Shown here: positions 54,001-64,000 of the stretch, piece by piece
Position numbering within the stretch: position 1 is the stretch's first letter
How the letters are laid out: each line of letters begins with the position of its first letter
Position numbers and translations under genes: made by a program
NCBI RefSeq assembly: GCF_009914755.1
Contig: NC_060936.1
DNA from: the human T2T-CHM13v2.0 reference genome, Homo sapiens
Strand: one strand, 5' to 3'
Length of the DNA stretch: 64,000 nt
Notes under the pieces: generated by a model
What the model saw: the letters and a program-made list of their open reading frames with translations, nothing else
Told to the model about the DNA's origin: nothing
Database searches by the model: none

Positions 54001-57000
54001 CAAAAGAAAGGTTAAACTCTCTGAGATGAACACACACATCAGAAAGAAGTTTCTGTGAATGATTCTGTCTAGATTTTATAAGAAGATGTTTCCTTTTCTA
54101 CCATAGGCCTCAAAGCGCTAGAAATCTCCAGCTGCAAATTCCACAAAAAGTGTGTTTAACATCTGCTCTGTCTAAAGTAAAGTTCAGCTCTGTGAGTTGA
54201 ATACACACAGCACAAAGAAGTTACTGAGACTTCTTCTGTCTAACATTATATGAAGAAATCCCGTTTCCAACGAAGGCCTCAAAGAGGTCCAAATATCCAC
54301 TTGCAGACTTGTCAGAGTGTTTCCAAACTGCACCATCAAAAGAAAGGTTAAACTCTGTGAGCTGAACACACACATCACAAAGTAGTTTCTGTGAATGATT
54401 CTGTCTCGTTTTTATACGAAGATGTTTCCTTTTCTACCTTTGGTCTCAAAGCGATTGAAATCTCCACATGGAAACTCCACAAAAAGAGTGTTTCAAATCT
54501 GCTCTTTCTGAAGGAAGGTTCAACTCTGTGAGTTGAATACACACACCACAAATAAGTTACTGAGAATTCTTCTGTGTAACATTATATGAGGAAATCCCGT
54601 TTCCAACGAAGGCCTCAAAGAGGTCCAAATATCCACTTGCAGACTTTACAAAGACAGTGTCTCCAAACTCCTCCATCAAAAGAAAGGTTATACTCTGTGA
54701 ATTGAACGCACACATCACAAAGTAGTTTCTGAGAATGATTCTGTCTACTTTTTATACGAAGATATTTCCTTTTCTACATTTGGCCTAAAAGCGCTTGAAA
54801 TCTCCACCTGCAAATATCACAAAAAGAGGGTTTCACATCTGCTCTGTCTAAAGGACAGTTCACCTCTGTGAGTTGAATAGAGGCAACACAAAGAAGTTAC
54901 TGAGTATTCTTCTGTCTAGCGTTATATGAAGAAATCCCTTTTCCAACGAAGGCCTCAAAGAGGTCCAAATATCTGCTTGCAGACTTTACAGACAGAGTGT
55001 TTCCAAACTACTCTATGAAAAGAAAGCTTAAACTCCGTGAGTTGAACGCACACATCACAAAGTAGTTTCTGAGAATGATTCTGTCTTGTATTTATACGAA
55101 GATATTTCCGTTTCTACGATTGGCCTCAAAGCGATTGAAATCTCCAACTGGAAACTGCCAAATAGGGTGTTTCAAATCTGCTCTGTCTAAAGGAAGGTTC
55201 AACTCTGTGAGTTGAATACACACACCACAAATAAGTTACTGAGAATTCTTCTCTCGAACATTACATGAAGAAATCCCGTTTCCAAAGAAGGCCTGAAAGA
55301 GGTCCAAATATCCAGTTGCCGACAATGCAAACACAGTGTTTGCAAACTGCTCCGTCAAAAGAAAGGTTAAACTCTCTGAGATGAACACACACATCAGAAA
55401 GAAGTTTCTGTGAATGATTCTGTCTAGATTTTATAAGAAGATGTTTCCTTTTCTACCATAGGCCTCAAAGCGCTAGAAATCTCCAGCTGCAAATTCCACA
55501 AAAAGTGTGTTTAAAATCTGCTCTGTCTAAAGTAAAGTTCAGCTCTGTGAGTTGAATACACACAGCACAAAGAAGTTACTGAGACTTCTTCTGTTTAACA
55601 TTATATGAAGAAATCCCGTTTCCAACGAAGGCCTCAAAGAGGTCCAAATATCCACTTGCAGACTTGTCAGAGTGTTTCCAAACTGCACCATCAAAAGAAA
55701 GGTTAAACTCTGTGAGCTGAACACACACATCACAAAGTAGTTTCTGTGAATGATTCTGTCTAGTTTTTATACGAAAATGTTTCCTTTTCTACCTTTGGTC
55801 TCAAAGCGATTGAAATCTCCACATGGAAACTCCACAAAAAGAGTGTTTCAAATCTGCTCTTTCTGAAGGAAGGTTCAACTCTGTGAGTTGAATACACACA
55901 CCATAAATAAGTTACTGAGAATTCTTCTGTGTAACATTATATGAGGAAATCCCGTTTCCAACGAAGGCCTCAAAGAGGTCCAAATATCCACTTGCAGACT
56001 TTACAAAGACAGTGTCTCCAAACTCCTCCATCAATAGAAAGGTTATACTCTGTGAGTTGAACGCACACATCACAAAGTAGTTTCTGAGAATGATTCTGTG
56101 TAGTTTTTATACGAAGATATTTCCTTTTCTACATTTGGCCTAACAGCGCTTGAAATCTCCACCTGCAAATATCACAAAAAGAGGGTTTCACATCTGCTCT
56201 GTCTAAAGGACAGTTCAACTCTGTGAGTTGAATAGAGCCAACACAAAGAAGTTACTGAGTATTCTTCTTTCTAGCGTTATATGAAGAAATCCCTTCTCCA
56301 ACGAAGGCCTCAAAGAGGTCCAAATATCTGCTTGCAGACTTTACAGACAGAGTGTTTCCAAACTACTCTATGAAAAGAAAGCTTAAACTCCGTGAGTTGA
56401 ACGCACACATCACAAAGTAGTTTCTGAGAATGATTCTGTCTTGTATTTATACGAAGATATTTCCGTTTCTACGATTGGCCTCAAAGCGATTGAAATCTCC
56501 AACTGGAAACTGCACAAATAGGGTGTTTCAAATCTGCTCTGTCTAAAGGAAGGTTCAACTCTGTGAGTTGAATACACACACCACATATAACTTACTGAGA
56601 ATTCTTCTGTCGAACATTACATGAAGAAATCCCGTTTCCAACGAAGGCCTCAAAGAGGTACAAATATCCAGTTGCCGACAATGCAAACACAGTGTTTGCA
56701 AACTGCTCCGTCAAAAGAAAGCTTAAACTCTGTGAGATGAACACACACATCAAAAAGAAGTTTCTATGAATCATTCTGTCTAGATTTTATAAGAAGATGT
56801 TTCCTTTTCTACCACAGGCCTCAAAGTGCTAGAAATCTCCAGCTGCAAATTCCACAAAAAGTGTGTTTAACATCTGCTCTGTCTAAAGTAAAGTTCAGCT
56901 CTGTGAGTTGAATACACACAGCACAAAGAAGTTACTGAGACTTCTTCTGTCTAACATTATATGAATAAATCCCTTTTCCAACGAAGGCCTCAAAGAGGTC

Positions 57001-60000
57001 CAAATATCCACTTGCAGACTTGTCAAACAGAGTGTTTCCAAACTGCACCATCAAAAGAAAGGTTAAACTCTGTGAGCTGAACACACACATCACAAAGTAG
57101 TTTCTGTGAATGATTCTGTCTAGTTTTTATACGAAGATGTTTCCTTTTCTACCTTTGGTCTCAAAGCGATTGAAATCTCCACATGGAAACTCCACAAAAA
57201 GAGTGTTTCAAATCTGCTCTTTCTGAAGGAAGGGTCAACTCTGTGAGTTGAATACACACACCACAAATAAGTTACTGAGAATTCTTCTGTGTAACATTAT
57301 ATGAGGAAATCCCGTTTCCAACGAAGGCCTCAAAGAGGTCCAAATATCCACTTGCAGACTTTACAAAGACAGTGTCTCCAAACTCCTCCATCAAAAGAAA
57401 GGTTATACTCTGTGAATTGAACGCACACATTACAAAGTAGTTTCTGAGAATGATTCTGTCTAGTTTTTATACGAAGATATTTCCTTTTCCACATTTGGCC
57501 TAAAAGCGCTTGAAATCTCCACCTGCAAATATCACAAAAAGAGGGTTTCACATCTGCTCTGTCTAAAGGACAGTTCACCTCTGTGAGTTGAATAGAGGCA
57601 ACACAAAGAAGTTACTGAGTATTCTTATTTCTAGCGTTATATGAAGAAATCCCTTTTCCAACGAAGGCCTCAAAGAGGTCCAAATATCTGCTTGCAGACT
57701 TTACAGACAGAGTGTTTCCAAACTACTCTATGAAAAGAAAGCTTAAACTCCGTGAGTTGAACGAACACATCACAAAGTAGTTTCTGAGAATGATTCTGTC
57801 TTGTTTTTATACGAAGATATTTCCGTTTCTACGATTGGCCTCAAAGCGATTGAAATCTCCAACTGGAAACTGCACAAATAGGGTGTTTCAAATCTGCTCT
57901 GTCTAAAGGAAGGTTCAACTCTGTGAGTTGAATACACACACCACAAATAAGTTACTGAGAATTCTTCTCTCGAACATTACATGAAGAAATCCCGTTTCCA
58001 ACGAAGGCCTCAAAGAGGTCCAAATATCCAGTTGCCGACAATGCAAACATAGTGTTTGCAAACTGCTCCATCAAAAGAAAGCTTAAACTCTGTGAGATGA
58101 ACACTAACATCAAAAAGAAGTTTCTGTGAATGATTCTGTCTAGATATTATAAGAAGATGTTTCCTTTTCTACCATAGGCCTCAAAGCGCTAGAAATCTCC
58201 AGCTGCAAATTCCACAAAAAGTGTGTTTAACATCTGCTCTGTCTAAAGTAAAGTTCAGCTCTGTGAGTTGAATACACACAGCACAAAGAAGTTACTGAGA
58301 CTTCTTCTGTCTAACATTATATGAATAAATCCCGTTTCCAACGAAGGCCTCAAAGAGGTCCAAATATCCACTTGCAGACTTGCCAAACAGAGTGTTTCCA
58401 AACTGCACCATCAAAAGAAAGGTTAAACTCTGTGAGCTGAACACACACATCACAAAGTAGTTTCTGTGAATGATTCTGTCTAGTTTTTATACGAAGATGT
58501 TTCCTTTTCTACCTTTGGTCTCAAAGCGATTGAAATCTCCACATGGAAACTCCACAAAAAGAGTGTTTCAAATCTGCTCTTTCTGAAGGAAGGTTCAACT
58601 CTGTGAGTTGAATACACACACCACAAATAAGTTACTGAGAATTCTTCTGTGTAACATTATATGAGGAAATCCCGTTTCCAACGAAGGCCTCAAAGAGGTC
58701 CAAGTATCCACTTGCAGACTTTACAAAGACAGTGTCTCCAAACTCCTCCATCAAAAGAAAGGTTATACTCTGTGAATTGAACGCACACATCACAAAGTAG
58801 TTTCTGAGAATGATTCTGTCTAGTTTTTATACGAAGATATTTCCTTTTCTACATTTGGCCTAAAAGCGCTTGAAATCTCCACCTGCAAATATCACAAAAA
58901 GAGGGTTTCACATCTGCTCTGTCTAAAGGACAGTTCACCTCTGTGAGTTGAATAGAGAAAACACCAAGAAGTTACTCAGTATTCTTCTTTCTAGCGTTAT
59001 ATGAAGAAATCCCGTTAACAACGAAGGCCTCAAAGAGGTCCAAATATCTGCTTGCAGACTTTACAGACAGAGTGTTTCCAAACTACTCTATGAAAAGAAA
59101 GCTTAAACTCCGTGAGTTGAACGCACACATCACAAAGTAGTTTCTGAGAATGATTCTGTCTTGTATTTATACGAAGATATTTCCGTTTCTACGATTGGCC
59201 TCAAAGCGATTGAAATCTCCAACTGGAAACTGCACAAATAGGGTGTTTCAAATCTGCTCTGTCTAAAGGAAGGTTCAACTCTGTGAGTTGAATACACACA
59301 CCACAAATAAGTTACTGAGAATTCTTCTCTCGAACATTACATGAAGAAATCCCGTTTCCAACGAAGGCGTCAAAGAGGTCCAAATATCCACTTGCCGACA
59401 TGGCAAACACAGTGTTTGCAAACTGCTCCATCAAAAGAAAGGTTAAACTCTGTGAGATGGACACACACATCAAAAAGAAGTTTCTGTGAAAGATGCTGTC
59501 TAGATTTTATAAGAAGATGTTTCCTTTTCTACCATAGGCCTCAAAGCGCTAGAAATCTCCAGCTGCAAATTCCACAAAAAGTGTGTTTAACATCTGCTCT
59601 GTCTAAAGTAAAGTTCAGCTCTGTGAGTAGAATACACACAGCACAAAGAAGTTACTGAGACTTCTTCTGTCTAACATTATATGAAGAAATCCCGTTTCCA
59701 ACGAAGGCATCAAAGAGGTCCAAATATCCACTTGCAGACTTGTCAGAGTGTTTCCAAACTGCACCATCAAAAGAAAGGTTAAACTCTGTGAGCTGAACAC
59801 ACACATCACAAAGCAGTTTCTGTGAATGATTCTGTCTAGTTTTTATACGAAGATGTTTCCTTTTCTACCTTTGGTCTCAAAGCGATTGAAATCTCCACAT
59901 GGAAACTCCACAAAAAGAGTGTTTCAAATCTGCTCTTTCTGAAGGAAGGTTCAACTCTGTGAGTTGAATACACACACCACAAATAAGTTACTGAGAATTC

Positions 60001-61030
60001 TTCTGTGTAACATTATATGAGGAAATCCCGTTTCCAACGAAGGCCTCAAAGAGGTCCAAATATCCACTTGCAGACTTTACAAAGACAGTGTCTCCAAACT
60101 CCTCCATCAAAAGAAAGGTTATACTCTGTGAATTGAACGCACACATCACAAAGTAGTTTCTGAGAATGATTCTGTCTAGTTTTTATACGAAGATATTTCC
60201 TTTTCTACATTTGGCCTAAAAGCGCTTGAAATCTCCACCTGCAAATATCACAAAAAGAGGGTTTCACATCTGCTCTGTCTAAAGGACAGTTCAACTCTGT
60301 GAGTTGAATAGAGGCAACACAAAGAAGTTACTGAGTATTCTTCTTTCTAGCGTTATATGAAGAAATCCCGTTTCCAACGAAGGCCTCAAAGAGGTCCAAA
60401 TATCTGCTTGCAGACTTTACAGACAGAGTGTTTCCAAACTACTCTATGAAAAGAAAGCTTAAACTCCATGAGTTGAACGCACACATCACAAAGTAGTTTC
60501 TGAGAATGATTCTGTCTCGTTTTTATAGGAAGATATTTCCGTTTCTATGATTGGCCTCAAAGCGATTGAAATCTCCAACTGGAAACTGCACAAATAGGGT
60601 GTTTCAAATCTGCTCTGTCTAAAGGAAGGTTCAACTCTGTGAGTTGAATACACACACCACAAATAAGTTACTGAGAATTCTTCTCTCGAACATTACATGA
60701 AGAAATCCCGTTTCCAACGAAGGCCTCAAAGAGGTCCAAATATCCAGTTGCCGACAATGCAAACACAGTGTTTGCAAACTGCTCCATCAAAAGAAAGGTT
60801 AAACTCTGTGAGATGAACACACACATCAAAAAGTAGTTTCTGTGAATGATTCTGTCTAGATTTTATAAGATGATGTTTCCTTTTCTACCATAGGCCTCAA
60901 AGCGCTAGAAATCTCCAGCTGCAAATTCCACAAAAAGTGTGTTGAACATCTGCTCTGTCTAAAGTAAAGTTCAGCTCTGTGAGTTGAATACACACAGCAC
61001 AAAGAAGTTACTGAGACTTCTTCTGTCTAA

Positions 61031-64000
61031 CATTATATGAAGAAATCCCGTTTCCAACGAAGGCCTCAAAGAGGTCCAAATATCTGCTTGCAGACATTAC
61101 AGACAGAGTGTTTCCAAACTACTCTATGAAAAGAAAGCTTAAACTCCGTGAGTTGAACGCACACATCACAAAGAAGTTTCTGAGAATGATTCTGTCTTGT
61201 TTTTATACGAAGATATTTCCGTTTCTACGATTGGCCTCAAAGCGATTGAAATCTCCAACTGGAAACTGCACAAATAGGGTGTTTCAAATCTGCTCTCTCT
61301 CGAGGAAGTTTCAACTCTGTGAGTTGAATACACACACCATAAATAAGTTACTGAGAATTCTTCTGTCGAACTTTACATGAAGAAATCCCGTTTCCAACGA
61401 AGGCCTCAAAGAGGTCCCAATATCCACTTGCAGACTTGACAAACACAGTGTTTCCAAACTGCTCCATCAAAAGAAATGTTAAACTCTGTGAGCTGAACAC
61501 ACACATCAAAAAGTAGTTTCTGTGAACGATTCTGTCTAGATTTTATACGAAGATGTTTCGTTTTCTACCATAGGCCTCAAAGCGCTTGAAATCTCCAGCT
61601 GCAAATTCCACAGAAAGTGTGTTTCACATGTGCTCTGTCTAAAGTAAAGTTCACCTCTGTGAGTTGAATACACACAGCACAAATAAGTTACTGAGACTTC
61701 TTCTGTCTAACATTATATGAAGAAATCCCTTTTCCAAAGAAGGCCTCAAAGAGGTCCAAATATCCACTTGCAGGCTTGACAAACAGAGTGTTTCCAAACT
61801 GCTCCATCAAAAGAAAGGTTAAACTCTGTGAGCTGAACACTCACATCAAAAAGTAGTTTCTGTGTATGATTCTGTCTAGTTTTTATACGAAGATGTTTCC
61901 TTTTCTACCTTTGGTCTCAAAGCGATTGAAATCTCCACATGGAAACTCCACAAAAAGAGTGTTTCAAATCTGCTCTTTCAGAAGGAAGGTTCAACTCTGT
62001 GAGTTGAATACACACACCACAAATAAGTTACTGAGAATTCTTCTGTGTAACATTATATGAGGAAATCCCGTTTCCAACGAAGGCCTCAAAGAGTTCCAAA
62101 TATCCACTTGCAGACATTACAAAGACAGTGTCTCCAAACTCCTCCATCAAAAGAAAGGTTATACTCTGTGAATTGAACGCACACATCACAAAGCAGTTTC
62201 TGAGAATGATTCTGTCTAGTTTTTATACGAAGATATTTCCTTTTCTACATTTGGCCTAAAAGCGCTTGAAATCTGCACCTGCAAATGTCACAAAAAGAGG
62301 GTTTCACATCTGCTCTGTCGAAAGGACAGTTCACCTCTGTGAGTTGAATAGAGGCAACACTAAGAAGTTACTGAGTATTCTTCTTTCTAGCGTTATATGA
62401 AGAAATCCCGTTTCCAACGAAGGCCTGAAAGAGGTCCAAATATCTGCTTGAACACTTTACAGACAGAGTGTTTCCAAACTACTCTATAAAAAGAAAGCTT
62501 AAACTCCGTGAGTTGAACGCACACATCACAATGTAGTTTCTGAGAATGATTCTGTCTTTTTTTTTATACGAAGATATTTCCGTTTCTACGATTGGCCTCA
62601 AAGCGATTGAATTCTACAACTGGAAACTGCACAAATAGGGTGTTTCAAATCTGCTCTGTCTAAAGGAAGGTTCAACTCTGTGAGTTGAATACACACACCA
62701 CAAATAAGTTACCGAGAATTCTTCTGTCGAACATTACATGAAGAAATCCAGTTTCCAACGAAGGCCTCAAAGAGGTCCAAATATCCACTTGCAGACATTA
62801 CAAACAGAGTGTTTCCAACCTGCTGCAACAAAAGAAAGGTTAAACTCTGTGAGCTGAACACACACATCACAAAGAAGTTTCTGTGAATGATTCTGTCTAG
62901 ATTATATACAAAGATGTTTCCTTTTCTACCATTGGTCTCAAAGCGATTGAAATCTCCACATGGAAACTCCACAAAAAGAGTGTTTCCAATCTGCTCTTTG
63001 TGAAGGAAGGTTCAACTCTGTGAGTTGAATACACACCCCACAAATAAGTTACTGATAATTCTTCTGTGTAACATTATATGAGGAAATCCCGTTTCCAACG
63101 AAGGCCTCAAAGAGGTCCAAATATCCACTTGCAGACTTTACAAATACAGTTTCTCCAAACTCCTCCATCAAAAGAAAGGTTATACTCTGTGAATTGAACG
63201 CACACATCACAAAGTAGTTTCTGAGAATGAAACTAATTTTTATACGAAGATATTTCCTTTTCTACATTTGGCCTAAAAGCGCTTGAAATCTGCACCTGCG
63301 AATATCACAAAAAGAAGGTTTCACATGTGCTCTGTCTAAAGGACAGTTCACCTCTGTGAGTTGAATAGAGGCAACACAAAGAAGTTACTGAGTATTCTTC
63401 TTTCTAGCGTGATATGAAGAAATCCCGTTTCCAACGAAGGCCTCAAAGAGGTCCAAATATCTGCTTGCAGACTTTACAAACAGAGTGTTTCCAAACTACT
63501 CTATGAAAAGAAAGCTTAAACTTCGTGAGTTGAACGCACACATCACAAAGTGGTTTCTGTGTATGATTCTGTCTTGTATTTATACGAAGATATTTCCGTT
63601 TCTACGATTGGCCTCAAAGCGATTGAAATCTCCAACTGGAAACTGCACAAATAGAGTGTTTCAAATCTGTTCTGTCTAAAGGAAGGTTCAACTCTGTGAG
63701 TTGAATACACGCACCACAAATAAGTTACTGAGAATTCTTCTGTCAAACAGTATATGAAGAAATCCCGTGTCCAACGAAGGCCTCAAAGAGGTCCAAATAT
63801 CCACTTGCAGACTTGAAAAACAGAGTGTTTCCAAACTGCTCCATCAAAGGAAAGGTTAAACTTTGTGAGTTGAACACACACTTCAAAAAGTAGTTTCTGT
63901 GAATGATTCTGCCTAGTTTTTATACGAAGATGTTTCCTTTTCTACCTTTGGTCTCAAAGCGATTGAAATCTTCACATGGAAACTCCAGAAAAAGAGTGTT
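61031..64000 (-). repeat. Divergent, irregular HOR tail (older layer)
   Basis: Dimer order becomes d3-d4-d1-d2-d3-d1-d2-d3-d1. There are many singleton substitutions and a complex indel (GAATGAAACTAATTTT at ~63,225 in place of GAATGATTCTGTCTAGTTTT), and A-type and B-type markers are mixed. Confidence 0.8.

Larger units (their letters stand above)
26391..61030 (-). repeat. HOR type A block, main
   Basis: Type A markers return from GCCGAGATGGCAAAC (26,461) and GCGCTAGAA (~26,613) and persist to the d4 dimer at ~60,900. Confidence 0.88.
1..64000 (-). repeat. Centromeric alpha-satellite array, 8-mer HOR (~1.36 kb), dimeric suprachromosomal family 1 (J1/J2)
   Basis: Uninterrupted ~170-bp tandem monomers with alphoid motifs; the reverse complement reads CATTCTCAGAAACT...TTCAACTCACAGAG...TTTGAAACACTCTTTTTGTGGA. 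TCCCGTTTCCAACGAAG recurs every ~340 bp (604, 944, 1964...) and four distinguishable dimers recur every ~1,360 bp (d1 at ~131, 1491, 2850, 4210...). The minus-strand context GGACCTCTTTGAGGCCTTCGTTGGAAACGGGATTTCTTCAT and AGAAGAATTCTCAGTAACTT is SF1-type. Confidence 0.98.
1..64000 (-). other. Probable human chromosome 12 centromeric alphoid family (D12Z3 / S1C12H1L-related), likely near an array edge
   Basis: SF1 8-mer with usually one HindIII site (AAGCTT, e.g. 3411) and one PvuII site (CAGCTG, e.g. 1155) per unit, and EcoRI sites about every 680 bp. This matches my recollection of the chr12 8-mer. It is recognition from memory, not a database search; D10Z1 is the other SF1 8-mer to exclude. 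Confidence 0.7.

Noticed and set aside
3002-63746. All ORFs in the track (60-108 aa), including the recurring MNCPLDRAD... and MMCVFSSQ... peptides
   Set aside because: They are chance stop-free frames of satellite monomers that appear or vanish with single SNPs or indels. They have no recognisable domains or gene context and are useful only as offset markers.
264-63790. CRISPR-like pattern: a constant ~40-bp word (AAATCCCGTTTCCAACGAAGGCCTCAAAGAGGTCCAAATAT) every 340 bp
   Set aside because: The intervening sequence is itself repeated and far too long for spacers, there are no cas genes, and the word is the CENP-B box region.
1-64000. Assignment to SF2 8-mer arrays (chr18, 20, 14/22)
   Set aside because: As I recall, SF2 boxes are typically preceded by GAGGATTTCGTTGG on the consensus strand. 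Here the context is GAGGCCTTCGTTGG with the AGAATTCTCAGTAACTT EcoRI motif typical of SF1.
1-64000. Transposon insertions (Alu/L1), inversions or unique non-satellite sequence
   Set aside because: None were seen: no poly(A) tails, target-site duplications or strand switches, and every line read as alphoid in the same orientation.
1-64000. A novel gene-based biological system
   Set aside because: Nothing in the sequence supports one; all structure is explained by alpha-satellite HOR organisation and its recombinational turnover.

Overview
The entire 64 kb is primate, almost certainly human, centromeric alpha-satellite DNA. It consists of ~170-bp monomers (roughly 376) in one orientation, with the conventional alphoid strand on '-'. 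Monomers alternate between CENP-B-box and pJalpha-like-box types as 340-bp dimers, grouped into an 8-monomer (~1.36 kb) higher-order repeat (HOR). I label the four dimers by a diagnostic word: d1 ATCTCCACATGG, d2 ATCTCCACCTGC, d3 ATCTCCAACTGG, d4 ATCTCCAGCTGC. The box context fits suprachromosomal family 1 (J1/J2), and an SF1 8-mer with one HindIII and one PvuII site per unit best matches chromosome 12 D12Z3; that assignment is from memory and unverified. There are no genes, RNA genes, transposons or CRISPR arrays, and all listed ORFs are chance translations of the repeat. I found no new gene-based system. The interest is architectural. (1) Two distinguishable 8-mer types alternate: A at 1-13.57 kb, B at 13.57-26.4 kb, A again at 26.4-61 kb, then a divergent tail. 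(2) Positions 1-13,566 recur, apparently identically, at 29,214-42,779, best explained by a very recent 29,213-bp tandem duplication of the B/A boundary or by an assembly error. (3) Older nested duplications occur at ~4.07, 3.74, 3.39, 2.7 and 1.36 kb offsets. (4) There are ten phase-preserving HOR length-variant junctions. (5) A CENP-B-box-disrupting G>T is absent from type B and restricted to two of the four box positions. All comparisons were made by eye, so boundaries are approximate.
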